The position numbers and the translations under genes were made by a program. From Amphiscolops sp. MND2022 (lineage: Eukaryota): DNA of 64,000 bases. The stretch covers positions 10,046,001 through 10,110,000 of the forward strand of contig OZ076409.1 in the NCBI GenBank assembly GCA_964187785.1. The letters run 5' to 3'. This document shows positions 12,522-25,887 of the stretch, one piece after another (the first letter of the stretch is position 1; each line of letters opens with the position of its first letter). The notes beneath the pieces are model-generated. The model made no database searches. It was not told the DNA's origin and saw nothing but the letters and a program-made list of their open reading frames with translations.

Positions 12522-14134
12522 TTATATTCTTACGGTAAGAATATAACAAGGATGGTTAAACAATGTTATAAAAACGTCCGAAAACCATGTAGGTGTAAAA
12601 CGCGGAGTTCGATAAATGAATTTATCGCGCAGTCCAATACGATGTGTACTGTAAGGGTTAGTCTGAGAAATGTGAGAATCTGAATAATCTGGAGTGTTAG
12701 TAGACACAAATGAATAACTAAGGGCTTTTCCAAGTATTTGAAGAGTGGTATCTGTGTGTTTTGAGAAAAGTATTCTGTTCCAAAATTGGTCAAGTTCTGC
12801 GTTTGAATATATGCCAGCATCTTGGGCTGTAAATGTGTTAGGTCGTATTGTAGTTTTGATTTGAGATGTTGAAAACATAAGTGGTGGTTTTCTTTTGATT
12901 GGTTCGGGTCTTTTAAGATCAATGTACATAAGAGTTTCCTTGAAATGGATAGTTATATGATCGAAGCAACAATCAGCTTTATATAATGGTGAGAGAAAAT
13001 GTGGGCAGTCATAAAGGCATGCAGTAGAACCTTCTAACTTAAAATTACTTCGATTTCCTGTTAAAAGAAATCCTGCAAGGTGTGGGGTCTGTACTGACAT
13101 TGCGAGTATTGTAAGGAGATGCTTTCGTTCTAATTCACATATTGTATGAAGAGTATTCAATTTTTAACCTGTCATAGAGCGAAACACATGGTTATTTGTA
13201 TAAACAGTTTTTGTATTGACATGACCTTCATAGTCTTAGAACCGTTGATTTGACCTTCAAAGTTGTTAGAAACGTTTAGTGCTGGAGAGATAAAACTGTT
13301 TTTATGAGGATCCAGAACTAGTTTTCCTGAGATGTATTCGTTTATAACTGGATGAGGTTTTGGTAGTCCTGTATGCATGTTGAAACCATTGGTATATGTA
13401 ACAAAGAGGTAGGAATATTGTGTTGTAAAAAGAGGTTCTGGTTTACCACAGAAAGTTTGAGCATGTGGAAATATTTCAAAACGTGAAAGACTGGTGTTAT
13501 GTGGGTTTTGTGCATGTCGAGTTTGGACATATGGAAAAATGAGTTCTTTAAGGCCTTGTGTCGTATCAGTTTTATTTGGTATTGAAGAGTGTACAAAAGA
13601 ATCAGTTTCAATCCAATATCTGTCTTCAATTTTTGTCATTCGTCCAACAAAGTCTTGTAATGTTAAAATGAGACGAAAGTCATCACGGAACCAAACGAGA
13701 GTATAGGGGGTTTTAGTGGTTGGTTTACAAACACCACCAACGGAGTAACATGGTAAGGTGTGACCATCAATGATCATAACATTTTCTGTGTCATCATATG
13801 TAATATCTACTTCGGAAATTTGGAGTCTCCAACAAACGTGACTGACTTCGAATTGATGATGTGCTGGGCAATTTTGAAGAGGATTTCTAATAGAATCATA
13901 ATGCCAATTTTTATCGGCGGGCATGAATGTAATTGTACCAGTATACATTGTGTTCATTTTATAAACAGTAAAAGGGGTTTGAAATCGTTCTAATTGTTCT
14001 TGAAAGTAATGATCTTCTAGAAGTGAAATAGTTTTGTTGTAATTGAGATTGTTCAATATTTTGTTATTAGTACCATTGAGATGTCGAATACGATTTTTGC
14101 ATTCTAAAGGGACAAGTGTAAGAGGGAGTGGCAT
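12522..14134 (-). pseudogene. Disrupted env-like glycoprotein (class III fusion protein, chuvirus G/herpes gB-like) of an LTR retroelement
   Basis: Two consecutive Cys-rich ORFs (13172..14134 and 12522..13160). The motif series CELER-LLTILAMS-LYDC-CFDHITIHF-AGIYSNAELDQFWNRILF resembles chuvirus-type glycoproteins as I recall them. Confidence 0.65.
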
Positions 14135-14389
14135 TGTATTATGATTCGTTTTGCTTTGGCGCGTACGAAGACTCTAGCATTAACAGTTGTATGTTGTATG
14201 TTAGAAGGAGCTTCAATGCATTATTTAACATTCAATAAATTAAACTGGCGAAGGTTGTGTTGTTTTTCACAACCATAGTGAGAAACCATAAGGTTTGTAA
14301 AATTTGGGCCATCAGATGGAAAATATTTATCTGTATCAGTTAGTTCAATAGACATTGTATGAGAACTATACTTATTTAAAGTATACTTA

Positions 14390-14603
14390 TTTAATTTACA
14401 CTGAAGATCACGTATTCTGGAAGTCAGTGACAGGAGAAATAATGGGAGAAGAGCTTTTGTTTTGGCTCAGTGGCCGGCCTAATAGTTATAAAGAAAATCA
14501 ATATCACGTTGTTGTGGCTCCACCATTGCCAGGAACATCCAGCTCTGGATTGGGTGACTATACCAAAACCGGCAGAAAGAGATGTCTTTGTGATACGCTG
14601 TGA
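14390..14603 (+). pseudogene. C-type lectin 3' fragment (5' part replaced by retroelement DNA)
   Basis: IYTEDHVFWKSVTGE..LLFWLSGRPN..GLGD..LCDTL* aligns with the C-terminus of the lectin at 24883-25803. Confidence 0.75.
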
Positions 14604-14725
14604 GACACTGATATCATAAATCTGCTCTAATATTAATTCAGTATGAATGGTAATGCAACAAGTTACCTAATTTTCATTTATCTTCTTTAAAAATTCGTTT
14701 GCATCCATGTTACATGCAAACAAAA

Positions 14726-15206
14726 CTAGAACGTCTAAAGTTGGCGCTATATCTAAGGCTCAAAAAGCGCAAAACATTTTTTTCTGAGAAAAAACTTGAA
14801 ATTTTTGACAATTTTCCTTTCGGAAAATGTGCCATAGTGCCGAAAAATGTAAACGGGGGACCCTTTGGGATTTAATAACATACATTCAGTTGCAAATTAT
14901 CAAAAAACTCGAAGGGGGGGGGGCATTTAAAGAAATTTCAGAAAAAAGTCGCACAGTGCCGAAAAAAATCTAAAGGGGGGATCTTTTAGTCTCGTCCGGT
15001 TTTGTAGGTTACCTTAAAAAAGTAAAAAATGAAAGGGGGACCTTTGCACTAAGTTTGCACTGGCCCGATTTGGCCTTAGGGTGTTTCAGGAGTTTCTCTG
15101 AAAATTCTAAAAAGTTGACCGATCAGTGTGAGGTCTGTTGTCTGAACAAAAGGTCACTGTAAGAGTCGGGCATTTTTTCTTGAAAGGAAAAAGCGCCGAC
15201 TAAAAA
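14726..15206. mobile_element. Non-autonomous Helentron/HINE-like repeat
   Basis: CTAG at one end; subterminal inverted repeats AGTTGGCGCT / AGCGCCGACT; terminal hairpin AGTCGGGC...GCGCCGACT; A-rich flanks; no TSD. Confidence 0.5.
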
Positions 15207-15259
15207 GACAATGCAACACACAAAACATGCGAAAACGATGTAGACTAAGGTGCTAAAGA

Positions 15260-17881
15260 GTAATCAAATAATATAAGCTATCAAAGCGATCGCGCAAATA
15301 CAACCAAATGCTCGGGTCCAACTGTTCATAAAACTTTGGATTACAGAATTTGTAATGATATGAAATTTGTAAAAATGAATTTCCTCTGACAATACATGGA
15401 AAAATGGAAATTCACTTCCACTCAGTGTGCATGAAAGAATTTGTTTCAACTGGTCTTTTTCTTGTACTGAAATACACTTTTTTCAAGAGCCGGAGCTTTT
15501 CTTCATTACCGTCAGCAAAGTGATAAACGTTGACGTCGTTGAAACTTGGCTCCGTAACCGAGGACCGTGGCATCAAACGTCTGACAAGAGTATTGTCTTG
15601 AAATTTTCACGTTTTTCATCAACAATTCAGTCAGCTAATCTGCACACTCTAGTACAGAACAGTACTATAGTTCAGAACCATGGACTGTTTTTTAAACAAA
15701 TTCGAAGTTTATTGGCCTCATTCGAGTCCCAATTGAGAAAAATGTCGTTACTATGTTAGTTGGGGGCGGAAAAAATCCCACGGCCAGCAGGCGTTTTGTT
15801 CAAACTCTTGGAGTAGACATTTCCCAAAGAGACTGGCTTGGGAGAATATTTTGATACCAAGTTTTGTTTTCGAAGTTGACTCTGGTTTTATGCGTGGAAC
15901 AATACTGAGTGGATACTTTTTCAAGAAAACAAGAAAAAAAGTTTCTTTGACGATTCAAATTGCATTCATTCTGTCAGTCTTGCTAAAGTACAGAGTGAAG
16001 AAGCTTCCAAAAACTGAGGTACAAATAAACGAGTTGATGAACAATGAGACCCGTGGTTTGATGGGCAATAAAATGTTGCACAAATCCGCCGATTGATAAT
16101 TGACGTCAACCATGGTGAGCAAAATGCAGTGGCACTGGTGAAAAAGTTGTTCAATGTCTTAGGTTTGCTGGTTAAAAAACAAGAAATGTCGGAAAAGGTC
16201 TGCAAAAACGTGGAAAACACGAGTTCTTCATTAACTTGGACGGAGCGAAGGCCCGAAAAATTTTTTTGATAAAAAATGAACATTTTTCTTGAGTTTTTAA
16301 ATGCACTGGAAACCACAAGGGGTAAAAAACTTCACCCAGAGGAGTGATTGAAAATAGATGTAGGTGCTACAAAGATCTTTTCGGTTTCAGAGTCAGAGTT
16401 CTCTAGGCCTTGTAAGTTAGACGGTTTGTTGACAGAGGGAGCTATGAGTTTAGCATTTCTCTCTGGTTTTCAGCTAAGATTTTAGAGAGATCGGGCATGA
16501 TCTCTTTCCCCAAAGACGTTCTCATCTCGTCGAGGTTCTCCGAAAGCACTCTAGGAGAATTACTCGGGCCTGCTATGAGGGTTTCGGATTAATGTTTTCC
16601 AACTATTGGAGTTTCAAGTTCAGCTGAGACTAGCTCTTCTACAGCTTTCCTTTTCTGACTTCTGGCTGTCATTTTAGAAGAGAAATCAAGAGAAATCTTG
16701 GGGAAGAATGAACTCTTCAAACAAAACGTTTATCGTCGTTTAAACGTTTAAGCAACGGAAGGGTAAAAACTGACTACAAATACATACATGAATATGTCTT
16801 TCTAGCATCATTTGATCCTCACCTTAAAATTCCTAGGATTGCGAAAAACCGGGATTGTTCACAAACATCCTAGTGATTCTTATCATTCATATCATAAAAT
16901 CAGGTATCAAAATTCCTAGCTGCGTCACTTATCCGTCACATTTGTTGGAATTATTTTAGCGTTAGGCAAAAGCATTTCCTGTTTTTATTTCAAAACGGCG
17001 GCAAAAGAAAGTTTGCTCAAGATTTTCATCGATGAGAGAACGTTGGTGTGAGCCCGAGTCAACCTTCAAACTAGCAATTTGGGAAGATCCCAACAAACGT
17101 TTGACTAGCAAAAGTGACAACGTAACTAGAACTGAATGAATGATTGTCCGGAGGTGAAAATACTAGAGCGCTAATGAGACGGAACAAATGATACCGGAGC
17201 TATTTATTCTCACGATTACTGGTATAAATAATAATCGACGTAAATACATACAATCTACAACAACCTTAAAGTATTCAAACATCCATCACGACCATATATA
17301 TCAAAAGTTTCAACTGCAAAATACGTAACCACTGGTATTACGGTGACTTTGCGGTCAACTGGACTCATGCTTTGAAAATAACAATCAGAAAATAAATTGG
17401 TTGTACAGGCATAACACCACTTCAACTGGCTCATAGTATTTGCACTTTTATTGATTTATGAAAAGCGCCAATCCCCGGTTTGATTCAGAAAAAGGAACAA
17501 ACATTCATTCATAACAGATCGCTTCATAATAATTGACGTCAGCGTTACGTTGCCTTTTTGATCATCCTCTAAATCAGGTTGATTATCACGTTGAGACATT
17601 CGTTTATAGTTAGGAAGAGAATGTATCGAGCCAGGTAAGGGTAACAAACTCTCACAAATGGTTGAAACACTTGAATTGGAAAAAAAAGGATATTTAAGCT
17701 CCCATGTATTAGTTTTTTAGAAATGAAAATTAGTTTCACAATTTATCTTACTCCGAAGCGTTTGTTAATCAGAATCTTACCTGAAAACCCATACATTATA
17801 CTGTTCCGCGTGAGAGTTTCCTTCCAAATTATGTTTAAGTCCTTATTGTCATAGCTACAACTTTACAATCGCTCTGTAACA
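15260..17881 (-). mobile_element. Probable old LTR-element remnant (decayed gag-like start with upstream LTR-like DNA)
   Basis: The minus strand from ~16671 reads MTARSQKRKAVEELVSAELE..., broken by stops. A TGTTACA start at 17881 on the minus strand could be an LTR end. Weak. Confidence 0.3.
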
Positions 17882-18321
17882 TCTCCGTGTGTATTAGGAT
17901 TAGCTATAGCTGACCAACGGTCAACGGAGGGATTGCGACGACGAACGGAGTGCGTTCTCAATCTCTACCTAATGAGGTCACAAAAATAATTCTTTTTGAC
18001 CTGAGCGCAAATGCTTCACTCAGAAAGCAACGCGATTGGTCCCCTAAGCTAGCTATATAGAATATCCATCCTACCGTATGACGTGAGCATTACGTTGTGA
18101 TTTGTTGTTTAAATTACCTAACTGTAATTTAGGTATGTTTTGACAACTACTTCAAGCTGAAAACAACCTGTTGTAGTATTTGTGTGTTCGATGCTTTTTT
18201 AAATTGTATGAATTTCATTGGGTTTGCGGATTTGAAGATTGTCTTTCATTTCAGGGTGGAAGATAACTAATTCCTTTCTTGACTTCTTTGTTTCTATTTT
18301 GATATTTAGGTTGACTTTGAT

Positions 18322-21300
18322 TGTTATGACTCCTGTTAGGGTCGTTGTTCTGTACATTTTTGATCATTTTTGTTGCTTTTTGAAGGACATTCTTCTTTTC
18401 TAGCTTCTCTTGATGAAAAGATTTTCGGATTTATCAATTTTGAATTGAAGTTTGCAGAGTAATTGTTTTAACAAAACAAAGTAGAATTTGATACAAGACA
18501 GCAGATTGAATCAGAAATTGAATGAATAAGTTTACAGGTACAAGCTATATATACCCTCCTAGCATCATCTGTTCATACTCGCGTACTTTAATTTCCATCG
18601 AGATATTAGTCACTTCCTGTAATTTTGCGGCAAAACTTTGATCTTCGTCAGCATTTCGTCAATTTTAAAGACACGGCAATTCTAATCTAGTATTAGTCAT
18701 CAACCATGATCATATCATTTCATTCCGGCGTCCTTTTGTTTCCTCCCAAGCAGGAAGTAGATATTACTTCAATCTGCCAAACCGGAAATATTTCCCCGTT
18801 TTACTGCTTTGGTTCGTAAGAAACCGACGCGGAGATGACGCTGACGTGAACAACTAATACCTGATTTTTGAATTTTCACTTGAAGAAAATTATGACTATA
18901 TATCTTGATTTAGACAATTTGGTGATGCTAAGAGAGTGACTGATTTACATGAGGCTAAACAATTAAATCTTTCAACAATTGATAATTATTTATCTGATCA
19001 AAGTTAAGAGCAACACCTTTGAGCAACAATAGAAGACGACGTGACAACGTCAAACAGTCAATGAAATTATTAAATTAGGTAATCAAATCATACATTTAAA
19101 AAGCCTGCATAAACTGCACTTTATTAACACAAATTGAAAATGAACTGTTACTCTCCAATTTAAATAGTGTTAAAACACTCTTATTTTTAGTTAGTCAGAA
19201 AAATCCTGGCCTAAATACCATATTCCGTTCGAATTCATTTTTAGTCGACGCAATATTGACGTAGAAATGTGTTTTCTCAACTCTAGTATATTAGTTGACG
19301 TAGCGTTGACGTAGATTCAAAATTTGGCTTGGTTACTTGAATTGCGACGTAGTGTTGACGTTGATTCATATTCTAGCTTCGATTAGTTTTACCGTATTAA
19401 AATAAGGCTTCTTTTAAATTCAATACTGATTAAAACGCCTAATTTCATAACTTTGGGACGTAGTGTGGACGTAACTTTTTATTAGACTTAGTCCGCCATT
19501 ATAGTGGACGTAAATTTGGTATTTTGAATGGATTGAAACAGCTATTTCGATGGAAAATACTCAATTACGTCTAATTTCATAAACTTGTCAACGTCATGTT
19601 GACGCGTTTTCTTGGCAGAATTTAAGCTTCATAAACTTGTCAACGTCATGTTGACGAGTTTTCTTGGCAGAAATGAGATTTTGACTAGTTTGACGTGATG
19701 CTGACGAGTATTTAGAATTAGACTTTAGCTAGTTAGCTACGAGCGCTGTGACGTCACGTTGGCGGAAAATTGGAATGATTTCTAGTAAGCTATTAGTATA
19801 GGCGGATAATCGGAATGATTTTCTGGTATGCGTAGACGAGGCTGTGACGTAGCGTAGTCGCGACGCAAATTCAATCGTATTGGCGAAGCGGTGACGTAAA
19901 TTAGTTTTAGTTTGCTTTTAATTCAATCCAGTCCGGGCGCGGACTGTGACAGGGCCACTCTCATAGGACGAATGGTTCTCGGGGGCTTGATAAAATGAAA
20001 GAGATGATGTTAGGGAAGTTTTGTACCGTCAATTAATTGGTTATCAAATTGTTTTTGTTTTCTTTAGTCCTACATTTTGACGTAGTTTCGTTCTTTTTGC
20101 GACAAGTAATTCCAATGATATGTCTCGGTTGTATTTTGCAGGAAAATGATTAAAATTCTACTGTCATCACAACGCATGTCCGGAAATGTGTGAAATTATC
20201 TCGGAATGTTTTTAGGTTCTGAAATCATTCATAATTTAGATTTTGATGGTTTTAACTTGTCACAGTTTATTTCAGTTTAATAAGATAGTCTAACTGTTTT
20301 CATAATGCATCCATGATCACGTCCAAACTGCGCCTCTTGGCAACCACAATCCAGGCCGGGCGCGGACTGTGACAGGGCCACTCTCATGGGACGAAGATAT
20401 CTCGTGGGGTTGTCGAAACTGAAGAGAGGATTGTTTAGGTTGTACGCTTTCCCAGAGGAATGTGACATTTCCGGTACCACTCTGTAGTTCGGTATAGCAC
20501 TTTTTGGGAGGTGGTAGAAGCTGTCTTTTAATTCCTTTGTAGTCCCAGGTGTTGACGTTTTGCCAACGTCACGTTTTTATTGGCCACGAATTAAATTAAT
20601 TCGTTTGACCAAAGTTGTCAACGTTTTGCTGACGTCAAGTTCGTTAGCATAGCTAACTTTTGAAGTTGTCACCGTTTTGATGACGTCATTATAGATTATA
20701 GGATTAATTCTTAACCCTGATAACCTTTGTGTCGACGTTATGCCGACGTCAATTTCGTTGGTAATTAGCCAACTTTAGGTTTTGTCACCGTTTTGATGAC
20801 GTCAATTTTGTTAACGATAAGCCAACTTCATTTTTTTGCGGTCACTGTTGACGTCATAATGACGTCGTATCAGTATTGGGCTGTTATAACCCTGGTCATT
20901 TGCGACGTCAATACTGCGTCGTCTTTGTATATGGGTTGTTATAACCCGGTCATTTGCGACGTCAATCCTGCGTCGTCTTTGTATATGGGCTGTTATAACC
21001 CGGTCATTTGCGACGTCAATCTTGCGTCGTCTTTGTATATGGGCTGTTATAACCCGGTCATTTTCAGATCAATTTGGTCTTAAAAGATCATGATCTGCAA
21101 AGTGATAATTAGACTCATTTTTGTTCTCTGAGGGAGATGTGCGTATCAGTGACGTCGACGCGCTGGTTATTCAACAACCCTTAGGTTTGTAATATTCCCC
21201 GTTCCATTAAGCTTTTTTGAATCATACGAAACTGCAGATAGGCCTTTTCTGCTTTTGTATGTTCATAGCTTAGATTTTCTGACTAGTCGATTCGGGAATG

Positions 21301-23388
21301 TGTGCTTCAGTGACTACGTCTTTGTCATCTTTCGAACGCACATCTTGGCCTCAGGAAGAGTCTAGTTTTTCTTTTTTCTTTTTTTTTATACTTACTGATG
21401 TGAGCTAATTCATCCGACTCTGGGCAAAGGTAACGCCCCAGGGGTATGTTGCCAGCTTTTGGAACCTCGTGTTGTGGTAAACGATGTCTTCGGCAGGTGT
21501 TGAACTGCTTCTGACGATGTACTGACGGTGACGGGTTGAGTGTTGTTGGTGTAGTCGTCGAAGTTTAACTCGTTTATCATCAGTCGGTCAACAAGTAGTC
21601 TCCATTTGCCGTTTGGGTTGCGTTGCTCAATTAGTGTATGTTCGTCTTCGTTTCTGGGGCGAAGAGTTTCCGCAATGTGCAGGGACGCTCTTTGGACGGT
21701 AGTTTAAGCTGAGGTTTTCTTGGGTACATTTGTTGAAAGGTCCAAAACTCCTGTCACCATGTTATGACTCCTGTTAGGGTCGTTGTTCTGTACATTTTTG
21801 ATCATTTTTGTTGCTTTTTGAAGGACATTCTTCTTTTCTAGCTTCTCTTGATGAAAAGATTTTCGGATTTATCAATTTTGAATTGAAGTTTGCAGAGTAA
21901 TTGTTTTAACAAAACAAAGTAGAATTTGATACAAGACAGCAGATTGAATCAGAAATTGAATGAATAAGTTTACAGGTACAAGCTATATATACCCTCCTAG
22001 CATCATCTGTTCATACTCGCGTACTTTAATTTCCATCGAGATATTAGTCACTTCCTGTAATTTTGCGGCAAAACTTTGATCTTCGTCAGCATTTCGTCAA
22101 TTTTAAAGACACGGCAATTCTAATCTAGTATTAGTCATCAACCATGATCATATCATTTCATTCCGGCGTCCTTTTGTTTCCTCCCAACCAGGAAGTAGAT
22201 ATTACTTCAGTCTGCCAAACCGGAAATATTTCCCCGTTTTACTGCTTTGGTTCGTAAGAAACCGACGCGGAGATGACGCTGACGTGAACAACTAATACCT
22301 GATTTTTGAATTTTCACTTGAAGAAAATTATGACTATATATCTTGATTTAGACAATTTGGTGATGCTAAGAGAGTGACTGATTTACATGAGGCTAAACAA
22401 TTAAATCTTTCAACAATTGATAATTATTTATCTGATTAAAGTTAAGAGCAACACCTTTGAGCAACAATAGAAGACGACGTGACAACGTCAAACAGTCAAT
22501 GAAATTATTAAATTAGGTAATCAAATCATACATTTAAAAAGCCTGCATAAACTGCACTTTATTAACACAAATTGAAAATGAACTGTTACTCTCCAATTTA
22601 AATAGTGTTAAAACACTCTTATTTTTAGTTAGTCAGAAAAATCCTGGCCTAAATACCATATTCCGTTCGAATTCATTTTTAGTCGACGCAATACTGACGT
22701 AGAAATGTGTTTTCTCAACTCTAGTATATTAGTTGACGTAGCGTTGACGTAGATTCAAAATTTGGCTTGGTTACTTGAATTGCGACGTAGTGTTGACGTT
22801 GATTCATATTCTAGCTTCGATTAGTTTTACCGTTTAAAATAAGGCTTCTTTTAAATTCAATACTGATTAAAACGCCTAATTTCATAACTTTGGGACGTAG
22901 TGTGGACGTAACTTTTTATTAGACTTAGTCCGCCATTATAGTGGACGTAAATTTGGTATTTTGAATGGATTGAAACAGCTATTTCGATGGAAAATACTCA
23001 ATTACGTCTAATTTCATAAACTTGTCAACGTCATGTTGACGCGTTTTCTTGGCAGAATTTAAGCTTCATAAACTTGTCAACGTCATGTTGACGAGTTTTC
23101 TTGGCAGAAATGAGATTTTGACTAGTTTGACGTGATGCTGACGAGTATTTAGAATTAGACTTTAGCTAGTTAGCTACGAGCGCTGTGACGTCACGTTGGC
23201 GGAAAATTGGAATGATTTCTAGTAAGCTATTAGTATAGGCGGATAATCGGAATGATTTTCTGGTATGCGTAGACGAGGCTGTGACGTAGCGTAGTCGCGA
23301 CGCAAATTCAATCGTATTGGCGAAGCGGTGACGTAAATTAGTTTTAGTTTGCTTTTAATTCAATCCAGTCCGGGCGCGGACTGTGACA
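18322..23388 (-). mobile_element. Young non-coding LTR element (LARD/TRIM-like) with 1.63-kb LTRs
   Basis: LTRs 18322-19951 and 21760-23388 (TG...CA, about five visible differences); TSD TTGAT (18317-18321 and 23389-23393); PBS-like TGGTGACAGGAG abutting the LTR at 21759 on the minus strand; 1.8-kb interior without a long ORF. Confidence 0.93.
20871..21062. repeat. ~60-bp tandem repeat, ~3 copies
   Basis: Unit ...GGGCTGTTATAACCCGGTCATTTGCGACGTCAAT..GCGTCGTCTTTGTATAT repeated. Confidence 0.9.
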
Positions 23389-23838
23389 TTGATATTATCT
23401 CAAAAGTGAAAACCGGAAGTGGAAAAATCATCACATGTGAACAGTCTGACCGGAAATTCACTAAACTGTTTCATTGAACTATATTACTTCGCGTCGACCT
23501 TCCGTCAACAAATTGGAAAAACTTTTTATCAACCCATTTCAGCTGCGTTGTAAGTCAAACTTCACCAACTCAGTAGGTTTTTATTTTTCTATGCCTAAGC
23601 CCTGTATTTTTTTTGCTTAGTCCGTGCTGGCTATACGTGCACCATCCGAGAGCGGGCTGCGACAGTTAGCTTCCTGCTAGCTATACTTCAGTCGAAAGTA
23701 TAGCTTTTAAATCAATACGAAAAGAATTATGAACGAATATTGATTGAAACGCAAAATTTTTGAAGTAAATTTTAAAAAAATAGCAATTAAATTACATTGA
23801 ATCAAAACTTGTTATGGAAATTAAAGAAAACGGTTTAT

Positions 23839-23904
23839 GCCAAGAATCGAACGTGTAAACTGCTGCTCAGAAATCGCACGTTTTGACCACTCGGCTATCT
23901 TGCC
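23839..23904 (-). pseudogene. tRNA-derived sequence (SINE head or tRNA pseudogene)
   Basis: The minus strand reads GGCAAGATAGCCGAGTGGTC...GTTCGATTCTTGGC, with Pol III A- and B-box-like motifs at tRNA spacing; the cloverleaf is imperfect. Confidence 0.5.
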
Positions 23905-24882
23905 TTGAAGTCAAGATAGTGTTACGAACTATGATATGCCTGGAACCTCGTCCATAAATCGCGTCGCAATGGAAATCACAAGGTTGAACAGGAAGATAAT
24001 ATTTTGAAACAGCAGTTTAACCCAAATATAATCCCACCAAAAACAATCAAACATATCTGACATTAAATTTGCTAGAACCAGCAAATAGCAACGTTTAGAA
24101 GCTGAAATAATTCCGACTATATTATTGAAAATAGTTGGAAGAACACATGAAATGGTCACATTGACCAAACTGACGGCAAAAAACAGTGAAAGGCGCCGAC
24201 TGAGAAATACAACTTGACAGTTTCAGAAATGGTTTGCATGTACGTTTCCAACTTTCATCCAATGATCAACTCTCTACGAAGCGGTCTAAAAACTGTTGCT
24301 ATAGTTTCCGTTGATCAGAAGGGGAAAATAGAAACATGTTTGTTCAAAAACCGATGTTTGATTCACTTAATTGGGATAAAACTGTTGTAGCAAAAACTTA
24401 AATCAGATTTTCCCCCTCCTCTTGCAGCTGCGACATCACACTCAGATGTCATCTACAAGTATTCTCAAATTGTTGCTTGAATGACCATTAAATTCCTTTT
24501 TTTTTAAAAAAATAACCATACAAAATAGAGAAGTGACGTTTCTGTTAACTTCAGTTTCTTTAACACCTGTCATGATTTCACAAACTTCCACTCGGCTTCA
24601 AGTTGCATCAACGACATGAAGATATCAACTGCTTGAAGTCTTCTGTCATTTTCAGCAGAAACAACGAAATTTCTTCGAACACTTTGTTCCTTGTTTTTTT
24701 TTCAAGAGACAAAAGGTTTTTGCTTCTGCAGCTGTCCCTACCTCCTCATTTCTTTGTTTTCAATACTCACCACAAAGGCAAACCTTACACTCAGTTCAAT
24801 TATTTATCATACTTCTACAGTCGGCATCAAAAAAGGTCCACCAAATGAACAAAACCAGACTGCTTCTTAATTGAAAAGAGTT

Positions 24883-25803
24883 ATGTTTGAGATTATCAGT
24901 GTTTATGTAACATTAACACTGGTTGTAAAAACAACGAATGGCAATCCGAGCATATTTCGTTCCACGGCATTTGAAAACCCAATCAATGAGAAACGTTTGG
25001 ACGCAGGAAAAGTTATTGAAACACGACGAGAAGCATCGCGTACAAAATGCGCTCTAGCTTGTTCTAAAAACGATGACTGCCTTTCTTTCGGTTTTTGTGG
25101 AGAAACTTCTTGCGAATTGTACAGCGAAGATATTTTTTCAACGGAGCATTGTGAGAACATTCTAGAAGAAGATGCAAACTGTAAGTACTATGGAATGAAA
25201 AGGGAATCGAAACCAATATGCCAGCAAGACGGCGTGTTTGCAGACATACAGAGTGACGATGGAAACAGTACCAATTGTCTAATAGGTGGGAAGCGAGTTG
25301 ACAGAGAGTGGGGCCAGTGGGGAGGGAATGAAATAGTAGATGACCCTCCTGATTGGAAAATAGTTAACGAGAGAAAGATTTTGGTTGATGCAGCTCACGG
25401 AGGAATTCATGACTTGGCAGATTCTGAGCGATCCCTAGAATGGATCAAGTTTGTGGATCAAGAGATGACATGGGAAGATGCAAAGGCGAACTGCGAAACT
25501 TTAGGTGGAACTTTGTTCTCCAGAGTAGATGGAACTGAGGAACAGTTAGATTTCTTGCTACAGAAAATGAATGGAAAGAGACACTGGTTGGGGATCTACA
25601 CTGAGAATCACAAAGTCTGGAAATCAGTGACGGGTGACGTCATTGATCCAACTTTACTGTATTGGAAAACCGGGCAGCCAAATAATGTAGAAAAACAACA
25701 AAAATACGTCGCTAACTACCCTGCATGGGAAAAAGTGCTATTCACTGGTTTGGCTGATGACCAAAACTCAAGAGCCAAGGGTTTAGTTTGTGACATGTTG
25801 TGA
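24883..25803 (+). CDS. Secreted PAN/apple + C-type lectin domain protein (306 aa, intronless)
   Basis: ATG at 24883 with a signal-peptide-like N-terminus; PAN-like CALACSKNDDCLSFGFCGETSCELY; CTLD motifs TWEDAKANCETLGGTL, WLGI, YWKTGQPNN, LADD, VCD. Confidence 0.9.
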   Translation: MFEIISVYVTLTLVVKTTNGNPSIFRSTAFENPINEKRLDAGKVIETRREASRTKCALACSKNDDCLSFGFCGETSCELYSEDIFSTEHCENILEEDANCKYYGMKRESKPICQQDGVFADIQSDDGNSTNCLIGGKRVDREWGQWGGNEIVDDPPDWKIVNERKILVDAAHGGIHDLADSERSLEWIKFVDQEMTWEDAKANCETLGGTLFSRVDGTEEQLDFLLQKMNGKRHWLGIYTENHKVWKSVTGDVIDPTLLYWKTGQPNNVEKQQKYVANYPAWEKVLFTGLADDQNSRAKGLVCDML

Positions 25804-25887
25804 TGTCTTCAGGAACTGATGAAAGTGTGAAAATGGTGAAAGCTAGAGGCAAAACGCAGAACTGAAAATTACTGATAAAAACAAATA

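Noticed and set aside
20871..21062. Regularly spaced repeats resembling a CRISPR array
   Set aside because: The whole 60-bp unit repeats with no unique spacers, there are no cas genes, and the context is a eukaryotic LTR element.
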